DNA of 64,000 nt from Prorocentrum cordatum (GCA_963575745.1 CAUYUJ010000214.1:186001-250000); one strand, 5' to 3'. Shown: positions 51,557 to 62,684, counted from the first letter of the stretch. Notes: a model not told the origin generated them from the sequence alone. Made by a program: numbers and translations.

Positions 51557-51572
51557 GTTTTTTTTTTTTTTT
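51528..51572 (-). other. 45-nt poly(T) tract (poly(A) on minus strand)
   Basis: T run with one G, in a GC-rich context. Confidence 0.8.
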
Positions 51573-51892
51573 CCAGCTCTTCTGTGGACGCCCCCAGAGA
51601 CCCATTCCCATTCCCATGACGACGGCGATGGCGATGGCGATGATGATGACGATGCTGATGATGATGGTGATGACGATGATGATGATGATGATGGTGGTTG
51701 TCGTGATGCTGGTGGTGGTGGTGGTGCTGATGATTGTGATGATGATGAGGAGGATGATGACGATGATGATCATGATGATGATGGTATGATGTTGTTAATG
51801 GTGATGGTGATGATGATGCTGATGGTGATGATGATGATGATGATGAGCGTGATGGTGATGGTGATGAGGAGGAGTAGGAGGAGTAGGAGGAG

Positions 51893-52755
51893 GACCAGTA
51901 TAAACCCACGACTATCAACGATGCTGCAATACGTCCGCTCTCCAAGCTCCCGCTTTATAGGTCCCTACAAGAGTGTGCTTTCAGTGCGGGAAGTGACCCA
52001 TTGGAACACAACAGATTGAGCATCTTACATCCTGCCCGAACACCGTTCTTGGGACTTCAGCGCCGCCAACAAACGCTAGGGCTGTGTACTCAAATCCATA
52101 AGTCTTGCCAGACCAGTGCGTCTGGGATGTCAACACCGTTGATGGACTTGTCTGTTGCGCCCCGACGATCTTAAACCGTGCCAACACCTGCCTTCTGGGA
52201 CTTCCCAACCATACGAACCTTTTATACAGGTGCAACGTTTTGAAGCGAATGCGCGCGGTGCGAAGGCGATAAACACAATGTGAAACACGGAATCGCCCTC
52301 CATTTTAATCACGGTCGCAAGCTTGTAGACGAATGTCACGACGTTCATGCGAGAGCCACGTTTTGAAAACGACCCGCCCCCCATGTTTGAAGCTGTTGCG
52401 AATTTTGAAGACGAATGTGCGCGCCGCTGAGGCGATGGCCACATTTTGAAAACCACCCGCCCTCCATGCTTGAAGCTGACGCGTACTCTGGTAAAACATG
52501 TGCGCGGCGCTGGGGCCAGAGCCACGTTTTGAAACATCACCTGCCCTCAATCCAAGACGCTGTTGCAAACGTTGAAGACGAATGTTCGCGGCGCCAAGGG
52601 GCGTTTTGAAAACCACCAGCTTTCAATCCGTGAAGCGGCTGCACATTCCAAGTTTCAGGGTCATGCGTAGAGCCAGGAAGTCTCGGGCGAACCGCCCAAG
52701 CTGCCCTACCGACACGCCTGGGGGTGCGATGGGGAAGAGTATTTTTAACAAAGAA
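51893..52755. mobile_element. (GAG)n-flanked element, copy 4
   Basis: GAGGACCAGTATAAACCC start; about 5 internal 83-bp units; GGGGTGCGATGGGGAAG end. Confidence 0.8.
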
Positions 52756-53486
52756 GAGGGATGGAGAGGAGGAGGAGGGGGATGATGATGAGGAGGAGGA
52801 GCAGGAGGAACGCGCCCGCGCCGCGCACCCTGCCGCCCGGCAGGCCGTAACCTACATGATCGAACCGATCGGTCACGAGGCTGGCCTGGTCGAGGCCGCT
52901 GGAAGAGGAGGTCAGGGGGAACGAGGTCTCGGGGTCTCGGGGGTAGGGCGAGCAGAGAGGGTGAGGGGGAAGGGGGGGGGGGGGGGGGGACGACGACACG
53001 AGACCTCATGACAAACTCACGTGGGACGGGAATCGGGTCGTGGGAGAAGGCTGAGTGGGAGCAGAGAGGAGGAGGAGGAGAGAGGAGGGAGGAGGAGGAG
53101 GATTGGGCGAGCGAGGACGCAGGAGGAGGAGGAGGAAGGAGGAGGAGGAGGAGGAGGAGGAGGAGGAGGTGGAGGAGGAGGAGGAGGAGGAGGAGGAGGA
53201 GGAGGAGGAGGAGGAGGAGGAGGGAGGAGGCGGAGGAGGAGGAGGCGGGAGGAGGCGGAGGCGGCGGAGGAGGAGGAGGAGGAGGAGGCGGAGGAGGAGG
53301 AGGAGGAGGAGGAGGAGGACTATGCAGGACTATGCATGGCGGGCGACAACGACAGTCGACGCCTATTATAATCAGGACCCCGCTGGATGGCGCTCGTGAT
53401 CTTTTCTCGGCCTCCCGAGGGGCGTCGCACCACTTTGCCATTTACGCCACCAGCGGGGCCCTCGAAACTGGGCAAAACCAGACGAG

Positions 53487-56400
53487 TTAGTAAGTGAATT
53501 GTGAAATCTCTGCATCACGGACGTGCTGCGGGGGCCCCCCCACGTGCGGGTATAAACCTCGGGCGATCCTCGCGAGATTTTGCGCACCCTTGGGGGAGGC
53601 CCTGCATCTTTCCACCAACCACCTTGGGTCGGACGTGGCTGTCTTGCCACGCACAGTGCAAAACGTTAAACCAAAACGGCCCCAGAAGGAAAGCTTGTGG
53701 CTCGCACGCAGCAACTTCCCCGCGACTGTCTGTGGGCCGTGGAGCGGTGAGATGCCCTGGCCACGGGGCTTGGGGCAGCACCGCGAGAGGCTCCCAGATC
53801 GGATGGACTCCCTGGTCTCGAACTGGGAGCAAACCAGACAGAAAAACTTAGAACCCACCTTCCGCCACTGATGCTCGCTGGCCCGAAGACACCTGGTCAG
53901 GATGGGAAGCCGCAGGACCCCAGGGGCCTCGGGTCGAGACGCGGTCCACGGATCGGCCAGGATGCTCGCAACCAGAGCTCTCCGAGCTCGACGTCTGACC
54001 AGGGCAGCCTCGGCATCGCGGCGGTCGGTGTCGGGATTCGTGAGGCCGCAGCGCCTGCTCGCTTGGGCGCCTAGGCCCGCGAGTGCGTCGGCACACGCGT
54101 TGCCTACAGCATATCGAAACGCTTCCTCGGAATTCACATCCCTAGCCTCGACATGGGCAGGGATCCAAATCACACGAATTACTCTGTCTCCTGCTGCCTC
54201 CAGGATCCTGGTCCAAAGGTCGAGGTTCGCAGGAGGGGTCGAGGAAGCGAGGAGGAGCGGGACTCCTTTGGACCAGGCCTGGGCCAGGGCCAGGTGGTCC
54301 GTCATATATCGGATGTTCCCTGGGATCAGTTCTAGGGCGGCGAGACAGGCAGAGAGCTCGGCCCTCGGGACCGTCTGGACCCTCCCACCAAGGGAGGACG
54401 AAAAACCGAAAATCGGGTCCAGGCTGCCAGAGGAAAGGGAAACAAATCCGAAACCAGCGCGTCTGCGACGCCAGTCACTGCTATGCTCACCGCCCGACCC
54501 ATCTCCAAAAATCTCAGCGAACCCCTCCTCATCACGTGGGATTGTCGACTTATCTCCGAAACTGTTCGTGATGGGTGGGGCCTCGTCGAAGACAGGTATG
54601 GTGTCGGCAGCCGCAGGAACGCCTCGAAGCCAGAGGGACGGAGAGGCCTCGTAGTTGGCGAACGCCTGTGCGGTGAGGAATTCGCTGTCCGTGTAGTCGT
54701 CGTGGTTGCAGTTGGCCGCACAGGTCCATATTCTGTGGAATAGCGACTCATCCTGTTCTCCACACCTCGGGCATGTGGGGGAAACCTCGTATCCTGCGGC
54801 CAACATTCGCGTACGTGTCCACTGGCCACCTGTCGTGACCACCGTGTTGAGTGCAATCTCGCTATGCTGCTCCCTCCTGGCGAGTCGGCGGTTCTCCTGC
54901 TTGATCGTGCTGAAGTCGCCTCCACTGTGTAGGTCGTCACCTGCTTCGTGCTTCGAAGCCCGAGTCCAGAGAACTCTGTCCACTGAGCTGTTGATGTCGT
55001 TGAAGATCTCCGAGTAGTCCGCATTCAACTTCTTGAATTCCTCGTCTTCTCTTGCAGGAATGAGCCAGCTCTTACCTGCGTCCGTGTCCCACTGGGTCGC
55101 CGCGATCGGGTCCCAGTTGATCTCGAGGAGGGTGGCTATAGTTGCCCCCGCTGGGCCACGGACGATCCTCCACTTGCGTTGGCCAGCCTTTCGTATGCGG
55201 TCGAGGATCTTGTCCCAGGATTGCCGAATCCTGTCGTGGATGCCTGGGCACTGGCGCCACATGGTCAGCCACGCTGCGATCTGCTGACGCCTGATGCGCT
55301 TGGCAGGGTCGTCGTCCCCGTGCTCGATAGCCAGCGCCGACGTCAAGCATCTTCCTGGTCCCACGCCCGAAGCGGCAGCAGCAGCTTGGCGTCGGAGGCG
55401 CTGCACTTCATATTCAGGGAGCCCGTGATGCTGATGTGAGTAAGTCCCAGACGGCAAGGCGCCAGTACTCCAGAGACCTCGTGATTCTCTCTTCAATCGG
55501 GCGATTCTCCTGATTCTGTGGATGGCTGCCGACCGTCTGCTAGCCTTCGTCATTCTCCTTCGTGCTGTGGCCCTGGCGCGAGCCCGTCCTGAAGCGACGT
55601 CGGCCCCCAAGTCTGTGGCAGCCTGTGCTGAGGTTGCCCGAATGCCCTTTCTCCGAAGTGCTCGGGCCACTTTGTTGGCGATGCTGCTCGTGCTGGCGAC
55701 AACGACCGTCTTGGGGCTGATCGCGAGGCCCTCGTGTTGCATGTCGTGGTCGATGGAGGCGCCAGCTTGGACCAATGTGGTCTCGACGTTGTAGGCCGTG
55801 CCCTCGCAGCGAATGATCGTGTCGTCCACGAATGTCTTCATCATGATGTTGAACTGGTACTTGTCGTGAGCCCTCTGGAGGATAGGGCCCAATAGTACCT
55901 TTGCTAATTTGCCGCCGTGTGGAGATCCTGCCACCAGTGACTTCTCGATCTTGATCGGCCTGCTGGTCCACTGGCGCTCCTTGAGGTACCTGGGGGCGAG
56001 AAATATCTGTAGTTCCATTGCGAGGATGACTGCGGGGAAGCCCTGCCTGAGTCCAGCTTGGCAGAGCTTTGCGATGGAGATACTGTCGTAGAACTTCTCC
56101 AGATCTAGAAGGATTGTCGCACAACTGATGCCCATTGTGAAGCAGCACTCGTCCATGCAGGCTTTCGCCAGCGAGGCTTGAAGCGGGCTGCTCCCTTTGA
56201 TGGCCGTGTCCCAGAATTCGCCCAGCTTGTCACTCCACCTCTCACTCAACGGGTAGCGGAGCTTGGACCAAACCTTCACCGTATAAGGAAGCAAACCCAG
56301 GATCCTGTCGCCCCCCTTGGGCTTGGGGGCGACCGCACCTATGACCGTGAAAACCTGATGAGGCCACATGAGGTGGTTCTCGCAAAGATTGAGGACCTCC

Positions 56401-58271
56401 ACCATCTGCCTCCGTCCTGGCTCTGGGAGTCGTTGCACCTCCAGCGGGCCGAGGTTGTCGACTCCTCTGGCCTTCTTCGGGTTCTGCTTCGCCAGCAGGT
56501 GGTCCAGGTGCTCCAGCTCGATCGGGTGCACGTCCTCCCTCTTGGCTTGCTCCGTGACAAACTTGAGGCCGTCGAGGATACTCTTGTGGTCGGAGCTGGG
56601 GTCGGACCAGATGTTCTCCCAGAAGTCAGCTCTGCGGTCCATGATCTCGCAGGGTGTGGCATAGGTGTTGCCCTCGTCACTGAAGTGCTCGTCTCGTCGA
56701 GTAGTAGCTGGCTTCACATGTCGGTGTAACGCACCTGGAGCCTGCTTCCACATGCGTGTGACCCAGCTTGCAAACGCCCGCCTGCCGTTGGCGAGTCCAG
56801 TGCCCACCGCGCGGGCTTGAAACCTCAGGCCGAACTCCAGTATGGCCTGCAGCGAGTCGATGTTCTGCCCGTCTAAGTCGGTGATGGCCTTAGTCCACTC
56901 CTCCAGGGTCCTCTTGTCCTCTGGGTCGTTGTACTTGTCGAAGAAGTTGTTCTCGGTGGCAATGTGTAGCAGCTCCTGCATTTTTATTGCCATGCGCTTG
57001 TAGTCCTGCTCTGCAAACTTGCGCCTCATTAGCTGATATCTGGAAATAATCGTCGTTGCCAGATGCCACCATTCCACGATTGGGTCCCGCATGTGTGTAC
57101 GGGCTGGTGTAGCACGGGTTCTTCGCCAAGTGATCCCATGCTCTCTGGCTCTGCCTTCATACTTTTTCCAATCGGACTCGGGAATGTTGTGGTGCTTGAG
57201 CGTGGCCTTCTCCACTGTCTGCACCCAGTCGCCGAACGCCTTGGCAACCTTCTTCTGCGCCTCAATGTCACGGGTCAGCAGGAAGTGGGAGGAGGGGTGG
57301 TTGTCCTGGTCGTCGTTCGACTCCTTCCTCACGTGTTTGCCCTTGTCCTCTCCCAGTCCTGCCACCGTAGCGGCTGCCGAGTGCCACACCTCAATCGGTA
57401 TATCGAAGGTGATCGAGTCGTTACTGTGTGTGTCCTGCGTGGTTGGCCAGCTGTGGAGCTCCTCGTATGCGTCCTGTAGCTCATCCTGGAGTCTGGCCTT
57501 TGCCCGCTGGTGCCGCTCGGCTAGCAGCTTCTGGCGCTTGCTGTTCGGGTCCGCTTTCTTGGCTGGTCGTCCCGCCGACGGGAGCTGCTTGGGTATACAC
57601 ATAGCTCTGTGCCACCAGTGCTGCTTCCCCGCTCGTATGGAAAGCAGTAGTCCCACGTGGGTCTTCCAGGGGACCTCAGGGACTGCTTCGAGCTTGAGGG
57701 GGCCGCCGAACCCGCTCTTGCAGATCCCGTAGTCAATTAGGGACCCGCGCCCCAAGTTGCAGGTGGTCTTCGTGTTCTCAGGGGGGATAAGGTGGCCGCC
57801 GATCTTGCGCAGCCACTTGGTTCCTTCCCATGCCTCTGGTGGGTTGTTCCAGTCGGCGAGGACAACCCACGGGTCGGATATCATATTGATGAAGCTGGCT
57901 AGCCTGATCATCATCTTCTCGTTGGGGCCCTTGAAGCCGTGCTTCGGCTGCATGTACGCGGAGATGACGACGATGTTGCCAGCCTTCGTGTGCCATGTCG
58001 TAGGGCAAAATCCTTGAAAGGGGTCGACTGCAGACCGTTCGATCTCGTGTTTGCGCCACCCCTCGAACGTCGTGGTGGCCAGTGAACGCTTGGATATGAT
58101 GGCTTCGCCGCCCGTCGTACCTTCAGCTGCCCTGCCCGACGGTGCTGCGGCGGTGACGGCGGCCTTCCATCCGTCTTTGCTGATCTTCTCTGTGAAGTCC
58201 AGGACCTTCACGCCTCGCAGGTGCATCTCCGCGAATCCTATGACGTCGTACTGCTCCGCCTGGGCTTTCAT
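53487..58271 (-). CDS. LINE ORF2 polyprotein: APE endonuclease, reverse transcriptase, CCHC zinc finger, RNase H
   Basis: APE: FAEMH, GGEAI, SAY, LADWN, SLIDY, KTH. RT: KARG.D, PKPKGGDR, DLEKFYD, LVAGS, FVDD, DLG. Finger: CPRC..ESLFHRIWTC. RNase H: GDGS, PRAEL, TDH, WIPAH, GNACAD. The frame stays open upstream to 58367. Confidence 0.95.
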   Translation of the reverse strand: MKAQAEQYDVIGFAEMHLRGVKVLDFTEKISKDGWKAAVTAAAPSGRAAEGTTGGEAIISKRSLATTTFEGWRKHEIERSAVDPFQGFCPTTWHTKAGNIVVISAYMQPKHGFKGPNEKMMIRLASFINMISDPWVVLADWNNPPEAWEGTKWLRKIGGHLIPPENTKTTCNLGRGSLIDYGICKSGFGGPLKLEAVPEVPWKTHVGLLLSIRAGKQHWWHRAMCIPKQLPSAGRPAKKADPNSKRQKLLAERHQRAKARLQDELQDAYEELHSWPTTQDTHSNDSITFDIPIEVWHSAAATVAGLGEDKGKHVRKESNDDQDNHPSSHFLLTRDIEAQKKVAKAFGDWVQTVEKATLKHHNIPESDWKKYEGRAREHGITWRRTRATPARTHMRDPIVEWWHLATTIISRYQLMRRKFAEQDYKRMAIKMQELLHIATENNFFDKYNDPEDKRTLEEWTKAITDLDGQNIDSLQAILEFGLRFQARAVGTGLANGRRAFASWVTRMWKQAPGALHRHVKPATTRRDEHFSDEGNTYATPCEIMDRRADFWENIWSDPSSDHKSILDGLKFVTEQAKREDVHPIELEHLDHLLAKQNPKKARGVDNLGPLEVQRLPEPGRRQMVEVLNLCENHLMWPHQVFTVIGAVAPKPKGGDRILGLLPYTVKVWSKLRYPLSERWSDKLGEFWDTAIKGSSPLQASLAKACMDECCFTMGISCATILLDLEKFYDSISIAKLCQAGLRQGFPAVILAMELQIFLAPRYLKERQWTSRPIKIEKSLVAGSPHGGKLAKVLLGPILQRAHDKYQFNIMMKTFVDDTIIRCEGTAYNVETTLVQAGASIDHDMQHEGLAISPKTVVVASTSSIANKVARALRRKGIRATSAQAATDLGADVASGRARARATARRRMTKASRRSAAIHRIRRIARLKRESRGLWSTGALPSGTYSHQHHGLPEYEVQRLRRQAAAAASGVGPGRCLTSALAIEHGDDDPAKRIRRQQIAAWLTMWRQCPGIHDRIRQSWDKILDRIRKAGQRKWRIVRGPAGATIATLLEINWDPIAATQWDTDAGKSWLIPAREDEEFKKLNADYSEIFNDINSSVDRVLWTRASKHEAGDDLHSGGDFSTIKQENRRLARREQHSEIALNTVVTTGGQWTRTRMLAAGYEVSPTCPRCGEQDESLFHRIWTCAANCNHDDYTDSEFLTAQAFANYEASPSLWLRGVPAAADTIPVFDEAPPITNSFGDKSTIPRDEEGFAEIFGDGSGGEHSSDWRRRRAGFGFVSLSSGSLDPIFGFSSSLGGRVQTVPRAELSACLAALELIPGNIRYMTDHLALAQAWSKGVPLLLASSTPPANLDLWTRILEAAGDRVIRVIWIPAHVEARDVNSEEAFRYAVGNACADALAGLGAQASRRCGLTNPDTDRRDAEAALVRRRARRALVASILADPWTASRPEAPGVLRLPILTRCLRASEHQWRKVGSKFFCLVCSQFETRESIRSGSLSRCCPKPRGQGISPLHGPQTVAGKLLRASHKLSFWGRFGLTFCTVRGKTATSDPRWLVERCRASPKGAQNLARIARGLYPHVGGPPQHVRDAEISQFTY

Positions 58272-58440
58272 GAACCCCTCCGCCTGCGGGCCCCACTCCG
58301 AGATGTTCGAGAAGAAGTACGTCGCATCGTAGTTCTCTGGAACGGGGGCCCGACTGCAGGAGAGGCCTTATGGTGGGAGGGGCGGCTGAAGGGTGTCACC
58401 TGGCCTCGGGTGGCCTCCTCCTCCCAGGCCGATGGGTAGG

Positions 58441-58700
58441 TCACCCTCGCTGCGCGGCCGCAGCTGCAGCTCTGGGCGCGCCATCGCGAGAGCTCCTAGC
58501 ACCATTGCCAGTGCCCAGGGGAGGGAAGTCGCCCATGCTGGCCAGCGTGGCCTCCCTGGCGCTCGCGATCTTGGCGGCGATGTCGCTCTCTGAGACTGCG
58601 ATGGTGGGGCCGTCCTCCGCAGCATGTGCCTGGTCTTCGTCGGGGCCTTCAGCTTCTGCTGCGCCAGGACCAGGGACGGGACCGTCCTGACCACGTTGCC
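58441..58700 (-). pseudogene. Probable ORF1 C-terminal fragment
   Basis: Acidic/Ala-rich frame (..EAEGPDEDQAHAAEDGPTIAVSESDIAAKIASAREA..RG*) ending ~70 nt before the ORF2 frame opens; cut upstream by the satellite. Confidence 0.5.
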
Positions 58701-58718
58701 GTTTCGCACAGAGATTAC

Positions 58719-60127
58719 GCGCAAGGCAAAAAAAAACACGCAAGGCAAACAAAAAAGCACCACAGGCACAAAACATCGTTTTTGCCTGTGGAGCGCCACC
58801 GACGCGGAGGGGAGCAGGGGAGCACCTCCCCGCCCCGCGCGCGCTCTCCGGCAGGGTCCGAGGGCCCGACGCGCAAGGCAAAAAAAAGGCGCCACAGGCA
58901 AAAAAACAGGTCACGATTCCTTCTTTGGGCCCCAGGAGCGCCACAGGCAAAAACCCAGGTCACGATTCCTTCTTTGGGCTCCAGGAGCGCCACCGACGCG
59001 GAGGGGAGCAGGGGGGCAGGGGAGCACCCCCCCCGCCTCGCGCGCGCTCTCCGGCAGGGTCCGGGGGCCCGACGCGCAAGGCAAAAAAGAAGCGCCACAG
59101 GCAAAAAAAACAGGTCACGATTCCTCTTTGGGCCCCAGGAGCGCCACAGGCAAAAACCCAGGTCACGATTCCTTCTTTGGGCTCCAGGAGCGCCACCGAC
59201 GCGGAGGGGAGCAGGGGAGCAGGGGAGCACCTCCCCGCCCCGCGCGCGCTCTCCGGCAGGGTCCGAGGGCCCGACGCGCAAGGCAAAAAAAAGGCGCCAC
59301 AGGCAAAAAAACAGGTCACGATTCCTTCTTTGGGCCCCAGGAGCGCCACAGGCAAAAACCCAGGTCACGATTCCTTCTTTGGGCTCCAGGAGCGCCACCG
59401 ACGCGGAGGGGAGCAGGGGAGCAGGGGAGCACCTCCCCGCCCCGCGCGCGCTCTCCGGCAGGGTCCGGGGGCCCGACGCGCAAGGCAAAAAAAAAGCGCC
59501 ACAGGCAAAAAAACAGGTCACGATTCTTTCTTTGGGCCCCAGGAGCGCCACAGGCAAAAACCCAGGTCACGATTCCTTCTTTGGGCTCCAGGAGCGCCAC
59601 CGACGCGGAGGGGAGCAGGGGAGCAGGGGAGCACCTCCCCGCCCCGCGCGCGCTCTCCGGCAGGGTCCGAGGGCCCGACGCGCAAGGCAAAAAAAAAGCG
59701 CCACAGGCAAAAAAACAGGTCACGATTCCTTCTTTGGGCCCCAGGAGCGCCACAGGCAAAAACCAGGTCACGATTCCTTCTTTCCTTCTTCCAGGAGCGC
59801 CACAGGCAAGGGCCCCAGGAGCGCCACCAGGTCACGATTCCTTCTTTGGGCCCAGGAGCGCCACCGACGCGGAGGGGAGCAGGGGAGCAGGGGAGCACCT
59901 CCCCGCCTCGCGCGCGCAGTCCGGCAGGGTCCGGGGGCCCGGCGCGCAAGGCAAAAAAAAACGCCACAGGCAAAAAAACAGGTCACGATTCCTTCTTTGG
60001 GCCCCAGGAGCGCCACAGGCAAAAACCCAGGTCACGATTCCTCCTTTGGGCCCCAGGAGCGCCACCGACGCGGAGGGGAGCAGGGGAGCAGGGGAGCACC
60101 CCCCTGCCCCGCGCGCGCTCTCCGGGC
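58719..60127. repeat. 202-bp tandem array (about 6.5 units) built from ~49-bp subunits
   Basis: GCGCAAGGCAAAAAA at 58871, 59074, 59276, 59478, 59680 and 59944; GCGCCACAGGCAAAAA..CAGGTCACGATTCCTTCTTTGGG twice per unit. Confidence 0.95.
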
Positions 60128-60163
60128 TGAGGAGGAGGAGGAGGAGGAGGAGGAGGAGGAGGA

Positions 60164-60955
60164 GGACCAGTCTAAGCCCAAGACTCATCAACGATGTCGG
60201 ATTAGATCCTCCCTTCGAGCCCCCCCCCTTCATAGGCATCTGCAAGGGCTCATTCCACTTCCACGGAGGGAACTACCTCGTTGGGAGGCAACCTTTAGAA
60301 GACCCTGACGCATACAACAACAACATTCGCGGGACTCCTACACCACAGGTCAACCTGACTGACGCGTCTTGGCGATCGTGAGTCGTGCCAGAACATCACT
60401 TCACTCTTGTAACTTCGACACCGCGAATCAACCTTTTTTGCACCGTCACAATATCGACTCCTTTCAAAACGCCACTTTTGGTCCGTTGGCCATGGGAATC
60501 CGGGACACTCTTGCAACGTTTCAAACGCATGTGTGCGGCGCTAAAGCGCAAGCGCCGCATTTTGAAGACGAGCCCGCCCTCAATCCGTGAAGCTCTTGCA
60601 AAGTTTTAAGACGAATGTATGCGGCGCTAAGACGAGAGCCATATTTTGAAAACCGCCCGCCCTCCTTCCGTGAAGGCACTGCAACATGTTGAGACGAATG
60701 TGCGCGGCGCTGGGGCGAGAGCAACATTTTGAAAGCCGCCCGCCCTCACTCCGTGAAGCTCGTGCAAAGTTTGAGAACGAATGTGCGCGGCGCTAAGGCG
60801 AGAGCTGAATTTTGAAAGCCACCCGCCGTCCGTTTGTGAACCTGTTGCCAATGTCTAAGTTTCAGGGTCATAGATGTTGAGAAAGTCTCAAGCGAAACGC
60901 CCAGCCCGCCCTTTCGACCGGCCTCGGAGTGCGACAGGGAGGAACCATCTACAAG
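60164..60955. mobile_element. (GAG)n-flanked element, copy 5
   Basis: GAGGACCAGTCTAAGCCCAAGACTCATCAACGATG start; 4 internal ~83-bp units; GAGTGCGACAGGGAGG end. Confidence 0.8.
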
Positions 60956-61159
60956 GAACAGGAGAGGGGGACGAGGCGGAGGATGATGATGAGGAGGAGG
61001 AGGATGAGGAGCAGGAGGAGGAAGAGCTAGGAGGCACGAGGAAGGGGGGAGGCGGGAGGAGGAGGAGGAGGAGTAGGAGGGAGGAGGGTGGAGGGAGGAG
61101 AAGTAGGGATGATGATGAGAAGGAGGAGGAGGATACCGAGGGAGGGGGAGGAGAAGGAG

Positions 61160-61779
61160 GGATGATGATGACGATGATGACGATTTTGATGATGATGGTC
61201 ATACTGCTGCTGATGATGATTGTGATGATGAGATGTTCATGATGATGCTGATGATGCTGATGCTGATGCTGATGATTTTGATGGAGTTGATGCTGCTGAT
61301 GACGCTAATTCTGGCGATGATGATGACCATGACGACAACGATGATGATACTGATGATGATGATGCTGATGATGCTGCTGCTGATGATGATGCTGATGCTG
61401 ATGCTCATGCTGATGCTAATGCTGCTGTTGCTGCTGCTGCTGATGATGATGATGTTGATTGTACCGGTGTTGATGATGACGATGCTGATGTTGATGCTGG
61501 GAATATTAGTTTTGCGATGATGGTAGTGACGATGCTGATTGTGAGCATGATGACCATGATGCTGGTCATGATGCTAATGATGCTGTTGCTGGTGATAATG
61601 GGGATGATGGTGCTGATGATGATGGTGCTGCTCCTGATGATGATGCTGATGCTGCTGCTCCTGATGATGATCATTATGATTGTTTTGATGGTGCTGATGA
61701 CGACAGTGACGACGATGCTGGTAAAGATGACGACAATGATTATGATGATGATGACGATGATGATGATGATGATGACGAC

Positions 61780-61838
<59 letters not shown>

Positions 61839-61900
61839 CGATGAAGATGATGTGATGATGATGAGATGACGATGATGATGATGATGAATGATGCTGATGC

Positions 61901-61976
<76 letters not shown>

Positions 61977-61990
61977 GGTGGTGGTGATGA
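61160..61990 (+). repeat. Degenerate (GAT)n tract
   Basis: Directly visible. Confidence 0.9.
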
Positions 61991-62269
61991 TGTATCTATT
62001 TAATCGCTTCGCTCATTTCGCCGGCCCTGGAGCGCTATTTGGGGCCTCTTGGGGCCGTCTTGGGGCTTCTTGGGGGCTTCTTGGGAGCGTCTTGGGGCTC
62101 CTTGGCGGCGTATTGGGATCCCCTGGGGCTTCTTGGGGGGCTCTTGGGGGCCCCTTGGAGCGGGAGGGGGGCAGTCGATTGCAGCCCCCCCCCCTCGGAG
62201 GCCACGTTCCTCGTGAGGGGTGGCGAAAAATAGTCTCCCCCCTGGGGATCGCCCAGGGACCAGCCCGGG

Positions 62270-62684
62270 ATCCTGCAAGCTCTTGTTCGACAGGTCGGCA
62301 GGGGCGGACTCGGCAGCTTGGGCCTCTGCCAAAGAGCGCTCGCAACTCAACAAGGGCCAGAGACTCATTAACCACGCCTCGCTTCTCGAAGATAGCCAGG
62401 GCTGGTCGTGGGTGAACTTGTCCTCGTCGGCCCACTCCTGCACGGACTGCTGCTGAGCGTTCGGCGGGCTGGCCCGACGTCCGAGGTGGCCCCCGACTCC
62501 ACTGCCCCTGCGGCGCCCGCACTTGCCCGGTCTTGGGGTGCCGGCGCTGCTGGCTGAGGGTGTGCCAGGGGGCCTTTTCGCCGCACTGCGTGCGCTCCGA
62601 GCGGGAGCCGAAGTTCTGGGAGCGGCACGCCGGGGCGCGGCACGTCCACGTCTTGATGTGGGTCGCCTGTCCGTGGCTTGTCAT
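62270..62684 (-). pseudogene. Decayed ORF1-like N-terminus with RanBP2-type zinc finger
   Basis: WTCRAPACRSQNFGSRSE(R)TQCGEKAP fits W-x-C-x(2,4)-C-x3-N-x6-C-x2-C with the third Cys read as Arg (CGC). A frameshifted helical segment follows. A ~95-nt leader starts at a (TCC)n tract. Confidence 0.6.

Larger units (their letters stand above)
53317..58700 (-). mobile_element. Non-LTR retrotransposon (APE-RT-RNase H type LINE): ORF1 tail, ORF2 and 3' UTR
   Basis: Intact ORF2; 3' UTR hairpin (53375-53392 pairs with 53445-53461); (TGCATAGTCC)x2 tail joined to (TCC)n. Confidence 0.92.

Noticed and set aside
58624..60381. Long ORFs (400-585 aa) over the 202-bp array
   Set aside because: All three frames cycle through the same peptides because the stop-poor unit is not a multiple of 3.
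53640..62600. T-to-C bias suggested by two apparent Cys-to-Arg changes in zinc-finger motifs
   Set aside because: Two events without a family consensus cannot support a mutational bias.
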